A stretch of DNA of 64,000 nt, from NCBI GenBank assembly GCA_041242255.1, contig JBESAV010000001.1, positions 603,449-667,448 on the forward strand. Direction: 5' to 3'. The notes under the pieces are model-generated. The model saw only the letters and a list, made by a program, of their open reading frames with translations. It had not been told where the DNA came from and did not search any database. How positions within the stretch are numbered: the first letter of the stretch is position 1; each line of letters opens with the position of its first letter. The position numbers and the translations under genes were made by a program. This document shows positions 19,461 through 26,939 of the stretch, piece after piece. Source of the DNA: Candidatus Altimarinota bacterium (GTDB lineage Bacteria > Patescibacteriota > Gracilibacteria > UBA1369 > GCA-2718715).

Positions 19461-22094
19461 ATGAAATTAAAGTCTTATTTAAGTTTAATCATAGCAGTAC
19501 TGGCTATGACTACTTCCTTGGCTTTAGCAGCCATCTCAGCAAACTATCCATTTGATGTTGCCGTAAACTACGTTATATCCAATGATGACCTTATTGTGGT
19601 TTCTGGTGGTACAGCTGACTCGCAGATCGTTGATGAGTATCAGGTAAATGATACTACTGCCAGTTTTCAAACCCCACAATCTGCTACCCTCTTAACTGAT
19701 GGTAATAATTTTGTAACTTATACGAGCGGTGGAGATATATATGCAAAAGTGATAAATCAAGATGGTGAAACAATTGTTGCAGAAACCATAGTTAACTCAG
19801 TAACAAATGCCACCCAGTTCGAAGCAAACTCATCCCTGATTACCACAGATAGCGGAGACGACATTGTTCTAGTTACTTGGACATCTTTTGATACCGCAAC
19901 TGATACTTCTTTCGCTGGTGATACCCAGGATACTACTTTAAATCACATTGCTGCTAGAGGTTTTAGGTATGATGGAACATCACTAGCCGAAGAAATAGCT
20001 GAGTTTCAAGTTAATGAAAACGTTGACTCACTACAAAATGAGTCAAGCTCTACATCTTATAATGACGGAGCAAATGATAAAATTCTAATCACATGGCACA
20101 GTGCTGATGACGCTCTAGAAGCAAATAATGGAAGTACAAATATCGCCGCTCGTACTTTTGATATCGATGGAACAAATCCCGGAACAGAATTTTTAGTAAA
20201 TTCAATTTCAATCAATGACGAATACTATCCAGAAGTTCAAACTTTAGACAATGGAGATGTAGCTTTTACGTACCAAACTAGTATTAACATTGCCATAAAA
20301 ATCCTAGACAACGGAGACTTAAATGGAGCACCAGCACTAGCACAAACTATAGTAAATACGACAGCAACAGCCACAGATGCATACCCACAATTCGAACAAA
20401 CATATGATGGCAATCTATTCATCACTTGGATTATGGAAGATGATGGTGACATTGATGGTATAGCTAGAAGTGTATATCAAACAGATGGAACACAAGTAGC
20501 AGCAGAAGCTGTAGTTAATACACAAACTGACAGTGTTCAGGAGGCTCATTCAACTGCACTATTAAATGATCCTAGTAATCCTGGTCAAGATATAGTGTTT
20601 ATTGCTTACTACACTGAGTCTTCAACTTACAATGGAGGAACAGATTCCGAAATAGTCGGTAAAGTATATAACCCAGATGGGTCAGCCTCTTCAGGTGAAG
20701 TCTTAATAAACCAAAACCTAACTAATTTCCAATACAGCCCAGTAGTTTCTCCAACCAATGATGGAGTAGTCCTAGTATTATGGGAGTCAGAGGATGTTGC
20801 CGCAGTCGTTGATGGTGATGGCTCTTATGTTGCAGCGATACCTCTAGGCGATGAAGTAAATAACGTATATCCAACTACCAACCCTTACATTCAACCAGTA
20901 ACAGCATATTCATACTCAGAACCATTAAGAGCCTTCATCGAAACTGAACTAGCCCTTGAAAATAGCGGTACAAATTATCAAATCTCAGATGATGCTGGTA
21001 CGACTTGGTACTACTATGACGGATTTAACTGGGTGACAACTGAAGAGTTAGACTCAGAGTTTAACTCAGCTTCAACAGTAACTACAAACATCTCAGACTT
21101 TACATCCAATGGTACATTCTTATGGAGAGCCTATATAAACTCAGATGATGCAGTAAGATTCGGTAATGCTGCTACTTCATTAGACAATATTGAAATTCAA
21201 GAAAATGAAGCTCCAGTTATCACTTCCGAAGCAGGTCAAGACACTGTAAACAAAACTTTAAATCCTGGAGATACAGAAGTATCAACTCTTGAATACACCA
21301 CTGACTCACTTGCTAGTATGGTGTCCGAAGATCTATCTGGTGCAGATGCAGCACTATTCCAGTTAGCAAGTGGTGGTCTGCTAAACCCTGATCCAGTACT
21401 TTCTTTCTTATCAGCAAGTCCAGCTGCAGATGCCAATGCTGATGGAACTTATGAAGTTACGATCACTGTTACAGATGATGTAGGTTCAACAGACACCCAA
21501 AGCTTTTTGATATCTTTCGCATCAAGCGGAGGTAGTTCATCTGGAGGTGGGTCAGCTTCATCAAATGTTGACACTTCAAGCCCATTCGCAAACCAGACAT
21601 CAACACCAAGTAATCCATCTTCGCCACAAGAACAAGCCGATGTTTGTGATAAAGAAGAAATGCTTAAAGACATCAATAAATTCAAAGACTTCGACAAAGA
21701 AATATCTAGATATGAAGCTGTTAAATACGTACTTCTAATTAACTGTATTGGTCTAGACGAGTTGCCAGCAGACGGAAGCTATCCTTTCTCAGATATCAAT
21801 ACATCTGAAGAAAACTTAGCTAGAGTCCTTTACACTGCCTTCAACCGCGGAATAATCTACGGATACCCAGATGGAGAATTCAAGCCAAACAGAACTATCA
21901 ATTACGTTGAACTTCTAGCTATTAACTCAAGAGCTCAAGGTCTTGCCGATGACAATTCAGTAGGGGAGAACTGGTTCCAAAGTTACCTCTCACTAAGAAT
22001 AACAATCGAGCTAGCAATTAGTGGGGTAGGTTACGAAGACCCAATCCTAGGTAGAAACTTCTATGTAATTACTAAATCTTTCTTAGAAAGTTAA
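19461..22094 (+). CDS. large secreted surface protein: repeat (propeller-like) region, cadherin-like domain, Gly/Ser linker, C-terminal SLH-type module
   Basis: 877 aa with a signal peptide. Contains about 60-70-aa repeats each ending xDGxxxxxExxVN. A cadherin-like segment is APVITSEAG...TYEVTITVTDDVGSTD. The C-terminus carries the SLH motif GYPDGEFKPNRTINYVEL. Confidence 0.8.
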   Translation: MKLKSYLSLIIAVLAMTTSLALAAISANYPFDVAVNYVISNDDLIVVSGGTADSQIVDEYQVNDTTASFQTPQSATLLTDGNNFVTYTSGGDIYAKVINQDGETIVAETIVNSVTNATQFEANSSLITTDSGDDIVLVTWTSFDTATDTSFAGDTQDTTLNHIAARGFRYDGTSLAEEIAEFQVNENVDSLQNESSSTSYNDGANDKILITWHSADDALEANNGSTNIAARTFDIDGTNPGTEFLVNSISINDEYYPEVQTLDNGDVAFTYQTSINIAIKILDNGDLNGAPALAQTIVNTTATATDAYPQFEQTYDGNLFITWIMEDDGDIDGIARSVYQTDGTQVAAEAVVNTQTDSVQEAHSTALLNDPSNPGQDIVFIAYYTESSTYNGGTDSEIVGKVYNPDGSASSGEVLINQNLTNFQYSPVVSPTNDGVVLVLWESEDVAAVVDGDGSYVAAIPLGDEVNNVYPTTNPYIQPVTAYSYSEPLRAFIETELALENSGTNYQISDDAGTTWYYYDGFNWVTTEELDSEFNSASTVTTNISDFTSNGTFLWRAYINSDDAVRFGNAATSLDNIEIQENEAPVITSEAGQDTVNKTLNPGDTEVSTLEYTTDSLASMVSEDLSGADAALFQLASGGLLNPDPVLSFLSASPAADANADGTYEVTITVTDDVGSTDTQSFLISFASSGGSSSGGGSASSNVDTSSPFANQTSTPSNPSSPQEQADVCDKEEMLKDINKFKDFDKEISRYEAVKYVLLINCIGLDELPADGSYPFSDINTSEENLARVLYTAFNRGIIYGYPDGEFKPNRTINYVELLAINSRAQGLADDNSVGENWFQSYLSLRITIELAISGVGYEDPILGRNFYVITKSFLES

Positions 22095-22111
22095 TCCTAA
22101 ACTACACACAA

Positions 22112-22150
22112 CAAAAAAGCTTATCTTCACAAAAAAGGTAAGCTTTTTTA
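22112..22150. terminator. hairpin flanked by A-run and T-run between convergent genes (bidirectional terminator)
   Basis: aaaaaAGCTTAtcttcacaaaaaaggTAAGCTTtttt. Confidence 0.55.
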
Positions 22151-22618
22151 GGTACCTATTACAAAACCAGTTTTATCATGATCTCGAGCATAGTCATTCA
22201 GGATCTTATAAAGTTTCCATACTGAGTCCAAGTTTTTGATAACTATAGACGTATTAATTGTCGGCGCACTAATCTTAAGATCTCCATATTTCAAGTATCT
22301 TCCAACTATACTTTGGCTAACTTCAATTTCCTGAATGTATTCCATCGAAAAACTTTTTTTCTGTTGAAACAAGAACCCTTTATTTATCTCAAGAATATTA
22401 TCTTTTACCTTAACAACATTGAAATGCCATAAAATACAAAGCCAACTCATCCCAATAGCCATAGTTCCTAAAAAGAAAAAGATCCCTGTCAAATCAGTCC
22501 CTGCATTTAGGAGGTAGGAAACTATTCCCAAAACTACAGCAAGTTTCATAAAATCTCCCAAAAGACTAAACACACTTTTCCTAAACTTCAACGACGTTCT
22601 TATCTTAACTTCAGTCAC
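22148..22618 (-). CDS. membrane protein with bacterial PH (YdbS/YdbT-like) domain
   Basis: 156 aa. Two TM helices are followed by a short beta-rich domain (FSMEYIQEIEVSQSIVGRYLKYGDLKI) typical of bPH_2. Confidence 0.55.
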   Translation of the reverse strand: MTEVKIRTSLKFRKSVFSLLGDFMKLAVVLGIVSYLLNAGTDLTGIFFFLGTMAIGMSWLCILWHFNVVKVKDNILEINKGFLFQQKKSFSMEYIQEIEVSQSIVGRYLKYGDLKISAPTINTSIVIKNLDSVWKLYKILNDYARDHDKTGFVIGT

Positions 22619-22669
22619 AATCTAAATTTAAACTACCAAAATTGTAACTGATTTAATTAAAACCCACAA

Positions 22670-23215
22670 TCATCTATATAGATCCAAATAGTTAGCCACC
22701 AGCCTTCTATTCGTATTCCAGCTATACGTAAAGTCAGAAGTAGTCTCTAAGGAATTAAAATCCTCTAGATCCATTCTCTCATCAATCTGTGCGATAGAAA
22801 CATTAAAATCACGTTCTTTTTTTCCTTGTAGTTCCAAATAGAAATCGTATTTTTTACCATCAATAAATCTAGACAGCTCTCCAGTTTTAAACTCTTCCAA
22901 GTCTCCAGCATGATAACAAATACTCAACTGACCCATGCTCACAACTCTAATTCCGTTAACAGTCGTATACTTTAGTCTTAACCTAATCGACATACCAAGT
23001 GCCGTAAAAATAACATAAGAAAGAGCCAACTTATTAAAGCACATAACAAATATCAAACCAGTTATCAAAGTACTATCAATCATTATTATTTCAGATTCTT
23101 TTACAATTTCTTCATTTTGTCTTCTTTTTTCAGCTTTTTCACGATTAGCATTTTTACGTATCTCTAGCTGATCTTGATCTGGCTCATGACTTAAAAGCTT
23201 CCTTTCTACAACCAT
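22670..23215 (-). CDS. hypothetical membrane protein
   Basis: 181 aa with a charged N-terminus and one or two TM segments. Its first 8 codons and its promoter lie inside the 75-bp direct repeat. Confidence 0.55.
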   Translation of the reverse strand: MVVERKLLSHEPDQDQLEIRKNANREKAEKRRQNEEIVKESEIIMIDSTLITGLIFVMCFNKLALSYVIFTALGMSIRLRLKYTTVNGIRVVSMGQLSICYHAGDLEEFKTGELSRFIDGKKYDFYLELQGKKERDFNVSIAQIDERMDLEDFNSLETTSDFTYSWNTNRRLVANYLDLYR

Positions 23216-23267
23216 ATAATTCTTATTAACTCACTAAATTTACAAAACAAATCCCTTTTTGGCAAGC
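23193..23267. repeat. 75-bp direct repeat, copy 1 (identical to 25046-25120)
   Basis: aaaagcttcctttctacaaccatataattcttattaactcactaaatttacaaaacaaatccctttttggcaagc is found twice with no mismatch. Confidence 0.95.
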
Positions 23268-23273
23268 AAGCCG

Positions 23274-23302
23274 TTGACAAAAGTAGAATCTGTAAGTAGT
23301 AT
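23274..23302 (+). promoter_or_regulatory. candidate promoter of the ABC-F cassette
   Basis: TTGACA, 17 nt spacer, TAGTAT, starting 7 nt after repeat copy 1. Confidence 0.5.
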
Positions 23303-23532
23303 TTGAACATATAAACACAAACATGACAAACGTCCTAGAATTATATATATCAAAAACAACCAACCAAGCGTATTTAGCATGGAAGTCTAGGTCGTGTAGT
23401 CTTTGTCGAACTGTTGCTCATTTACAAGTGTAAATGAGGGTAATAAAACAAAGGTTTTATCATCTCTTTCACGCTTGTTAAACATTTACACCGTACTATA
23501 GGTGTTTTTATTTATATGAGTAACTAAACAAG
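23303..23532 (+). promoter_or_regulatory. long 5' leader with 36-codon uORF (23323-23433) and alternative hairpins ending in a hairpin plus T-run (attenuator-like)
   Basis: Stem 23417-25/23430-38 (9 bp). Alternative stem 23428-36/23483-91 (9 bp). Terminator-like stem 23488-92/23501-05 followed by TTTTT. Confidence 0.45.
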
Positions 23533-24975
23533 ATGTTAATTATCAAAAATTTAAACCTTAAAGTCCTAGACAACCACAAGGAAACCTTAATCAAAGAGGT
23601 GAATTTATCCTTAGATTCTAGTTCAAAGTCTAAGGTAGCCCTCATCGGAGAAAATGGCTCAGGAAAATCAACTCTCTTAAAAGCAATTTATAATAATCTA
23701 AACAGTTGTATAAATATTCAAAATGAAAAGATATTATACTTAGAACAAACAAAAAAATTTCCAGAAAATCAACTTTTTGGCGAGATTCTTGAACAGCACA
23801 TTGATATTAATTCAGAATATTACAAAATTGATATAATTTTAGACGAATTTTCTCTTCAAGAAGATATAGTACTGAAGCCCGTGAAACATCTAAGTGGAGG
23901 AGAGCTTCTTAAACTACAGCTTGCTGAGCTAATGATTCAAGACCCTACTATACTTTTATTAGACGAACCTACAAATCATTTAGATCAAGATGCAAAAATA
24001 TTTTTATCAAATTTTATTAAAAATTTTACAGGTTCAATTCTACTAGTAACTCACGATAGGGAATTTATTCAAAACACAACAAATCAAATTTGGGATATTG
24101 ACCCTGTGACTAAGACTCTTCATAAGTTTACAGGCACTTTTAAAGATTGGCGTATTCAAAAAGCAAACAAAATACAAAAATCTAATCATATGCATAATAG
24201 TATTCAATCTGAGATTCAAAGCATTCAGAGTTGGTTAACTGCAAATCAATCACATCCAAAGTACAGATTTAGCGCCATTGTAAAAACAAAAAAACAAAAA
24301 ATTGAAAAGCTTAAGGCAAAATTAGATGATATTCAAAAATATAAAGATAAAAAAATAACTCTTACAAAAAATTCAAATCTAACTTATAAACAAAACCTAC
24401 TTATCTCATACGAGTTCATAGAGCATCCTTTGTACGGTAATTTAAAAGGTAAAATTTACAACCAAGACCAAATTTTACTTACAGGTAAAAATGGTTCCGG
24501 GAAATCAACACTTTTAAAGTATTTATCAAATCCAGTTAATATCCAATCAGTTTATCCAATTAAAAATCCTAAAACTAGAGTTAACATATTTCATAATAAA
24601 GAATTAAAAATATTTACTTTGAGTCAGTCTTCAAAGCTTCCACAAAGTAAAACTGTATATGAAATATTAGTAAGCAATAACAAGTTTAATCACACAAAGG
24701 TTTTCCAATCTATGGCAGATTTACGCCTAAAACATTTATTAAAGCATAAATTATCTGATCTTAGTGGAGGAGAACAAAAAAGAGTTGAGTTAGCAATTTT
24801 AAGTGCTCATCAACCTGACATGATTTTACTGGATGAACCAACAAATCATTTGGATATCTATACGCAGGAACAAATTCAAAATTTCCTTAAAGACACACAA
24901 GTAACTTTTATTATAGCTTCTCACGACAATTTCTTGATAGACAATCTGAATTTCAAAAAATACATTCAATTGTAA
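23533..24975 (+). CDS. ABC-F family ATPase (two tandem ABC domains, no transmembrane domain)
   Basis: 480 aa. Walker A GENGSGKST and GKNGSGKST. Signatures LSGGELLK and LSGGEQKR. Walker B LLLDEPTNHLD occurs twice. A basic helical inter-domain linker is present. Confidence 0.9.
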   Translation: MLIIKNLNLKVLDNHKETLIKEVNLSLDSSSKSKVALIGENGSGKSTLLKAIYNNLNSCINIQNEKILYLEQTKKFPENQLFGEILEQHIDINSEYYKIDIILDEFSLQEDIVLKPVKHLSGGELLKLQLAELMIQDPTILLLDEPTNHLDQDAKIFLSNFIKNFTGSILLVTHDREFIQNTTNQIWDIDPVTKTLHKFTGTFKDWRIQKANKIQKSNHMHNSIQSEIQSIQSWLTANQSHPKYRFSAIVKTKKQKIEKLKAKLDDIQKYKDKKITLTKNSNLTYKQNLLISYEFIEHPLYGNLKGKIYNQDQILLTGKNGSGKSTLLKYLSNPVNIQSVYPIKNPKTRVNIFHNKELKIFTLSQSSKLPQSKTVYEILVSNNKFNHTKVFQSMADLRLKHLLKHKLSDLSGGEQKRVELAILSAHQPDMILLDEPTNHLDIYTQEQIQNFLKDTQVTFIIASHDNFLIDNLNFKKYIQL

Positions 24976-24988
24976 GAATTATTAATAC

Positions 24989-25017
24989 AAAAGATCGCCT
25001 TTTGGGTGATCTTTTTG
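24989..25017 (+). terminator. intrinsic terminator after the ABC-F gene
   Basis: aaAGATCGCCttttGGGTGATCTtttt. Confidence 0.6.
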
Positions 25018-25038
25018 TAATGATTCATGTAGACCTAT

Positions 25039-25068
25039 TTAACTCAAAAGCTTCCTTTCTACAACCAT
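25039..25068 (-). pseudogene. duplicated 5' fragment (MVVERKLLS*) of the 22670-23215 gene inside repeat copy 2
   Basis: The ATG and first 8 codons are identical to the intact gene, followed by a stop. The same upstream TTGCCA-17-TAAATT promoter-like sequence is retained. Confidence 0.6.
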
Positions 25069-25120
25069 ATAATTCTTATTAACTCACTAAATTTACAAAA
25101 CAAATCCCTTTTTGGCAAGC
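25046..25120. repeat. 75-bp direct repeat, copy 2
   Basis: Identical to 23193-23267. Confidence 0.95.
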
Positions 25121-25233
25121 TGACCCATCTAAACCAAGAAAACAATCCCATACTTAGCCAAACTATATTCATCAAAAAAACTTGTTTGGACAAATATTTA
25201 CAAATATTGTTGATACGAATTTAAGACAATTCA

Positions 25234-25638
25234 ATGTCCATACTAAAATTTGAAAACGCAACTAAATATCCATCTAAATATCCAGAGATTGAAGCTGTAA
25301 GTTTGGGAGAACCTATTTTCTCATCTCGCTCAGAAGAAATACAAGCAAAACTCTTAGGTGTCCTTATAAAAGACCTTAAGGCATTATACCCTGACAAAAA
25401 TCCTGAACCGACCAATATAAATACTCAAGATCCAGAAAGTGACTCTACAGTTTTTTATGGTATAAAATCTGAAACAAATAATGATTCAAATTACGAGACA
25501 ACAATAAGCTTTGACCATAAAGAAGACCCTCACAACCCAGGGCAGCAAATCTACCGCACTTTAACAGCAACATTCAAGTCTAACCAAATTACCTCTCTAG
25601 GAGTATCTTGGTCCTGGGAGCCAAACCTAAAAGCCTAA
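25234..25638 (+). CDS. hypothetical protein
   Basis: 134-aa ORF followed directly by a strong terminator hairpin. Confidence 0.5.
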   Translation: MSILKFENATKYPSKYPEIEAVSLGEPIFSSRSEEIQAKLLGVLIKDLKALYPDKNPEPTNINTQDPESDSTVFYGIKSETNNDSNYETTISFDHKEDPHNPGQQIYRTLTATFKSNQITSLGVSWSWEPNLKA

Positions 25639-25670
25639 AAAAAGACCACCATTCCAAGGTGGTCTTTTTT
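25637..25670. terminator. bidirectional intrinsic terminator
   Basis: aaaaAAGACCACCattccaaGGTGGTCTTtttt between convergent genes. Confidence 0.75.
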
Positions 25671-25685
25671 ATGATTAATTTGAAA

Positions 25686-26783
25686 CTAAACCTTATCAAC
25701 ATAGTCACCATAACCTCTTTCTTCCATCTCAGCTAAAGGTACAAATTCAAGCGCTGCACCATTCATACACCATCTTTCTCCAGTTGGTTCAGGCCCATCT
25801 TGAAACACATGACCTATATGATTATCTCCGTACTTAGATCTCACCTCAGTTCTAGGAAGAATAAGTTTATAATCAGGCTTAGTTACAACAAACTCATTCG
25901 AAATAGGGCGAACAAATGAAGGCCAACCAGTCCCTGAATCAAATTTATCCTTTGATGAAAACAAAGGCTCTCCAGATAATATATCTACATAAATTCCATC
26001 TTCATAGTTTTTATCCAAGTTCCCCTCACTGAAAGGTTTTTCAGTACTGTCTTTTTGTGTAACTTTATATTCAATCTCACTTAGCTCTTCTTTCAAAACC
26101 TCATCAGAAGGCTTTTGATAAGACGCCCAAACACTTTTACTATTCCCAAATTCATCTAATCGATCACCCCAAACCCCCTCGATAAAAGCATCTCTTCCAC
26201 TAGCTCTTCTATAAGTATTGTATCTTCCAGGATTCTTCAGATAATAATCTTGATGATATTCTTCAGCTCTGTAAAAGTCATACCCCATCTCTACAGCAGT
26301 AACTATTTCAGATTCAAAAACACCTTCTTCATTTATTTCATCAATGACTCTCAAAGCAATCTCTTCCTCTGATTCATTGTTTGGGTAGATAGCAGAAGTA
26401 TAAGAGTACCCCCTATCTCTAAAAGAACCACCTTCATCAGTTGGATCGTGGTGTCTAAAGAAATACTGCACTAACGTTTCATAATCTACTACCTCAGGGT
26501 CATAAACAACTCTTACAGTTTCACGATACCCTTCATGAGATTTATATGTAGGGTTTTCAGCTTCTCCACCCATAAATCCTGAAATAGCTTCTTCAACTCC
26601 CACTAATTTTTCAAAGTCTCTCTCCACACACCAAAAACAACCACCAGCAAAGTAAGCACTTTCAAGTTCATCATAATCTTTCACCTCCAAAATAGAGGTA
26701 TCTCTAGTTAAACGGTCGTGAGCATAAAACCCACCAACAAATACAATAAAAGCCACAATAATACCTATCAAAATTTTCCCCAT
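25686..26783 (-). CDS. msrAB: membrane-anchored bifunctional methionine sulfoxide reductase MsrA-MsrB fusion
   Basis: 365 aa with an N-terminal TM helix. MsrA motif GGCFWCVE. MsrB motifs GTGWPSF and HIGHVFQDGP. Confidence 0.93.
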   Translation of the reverse strand: MGKILIGIIVAFIVFVGGFYAHDRLTRDTSILEVKDYDELESAYFAGGCFWCVERDFEKLVGVEEAISGFMGGEAENPTYKSHEGYRETVRVVYDPEVVDYETLVQYFFRHHDPTDEGGSFRDRGYSYTSAIYPNNESEEEIALRVIDEINEEGVFESEIVTAVEMGYDFYRAEEYHQDYYLKNPGRYNTYRRASGRDAFIEGVWGDRLDEFGNSKSVWASYQKPSDEVLKEELSEIEYKVTQKDSTEKPFSEGNLDKNYEDGIYVDILSGEPLFSSKDKFDSGTGWPSFVRPISNEFVVTKPDYKLILPRTEVRSKYGDNHIGHVFQDGPEPTGERWCMNGAALEFVPLAEMEERGYGDYVDKV

Positions 26784-26939
26784 ATACGCCTATTAAATTA
26801 AACTAAATCTAAAATAACAAATTTTCAGATAAAACTCCTTTATCAAGCTATAAGTTCTTGACCTGTAAACTAAAATGCAACTTTAGCCCTATTAAAAAAG
26901 GTTTTACTTTCATAAAATACAAAAAAATTAACAAAACAA

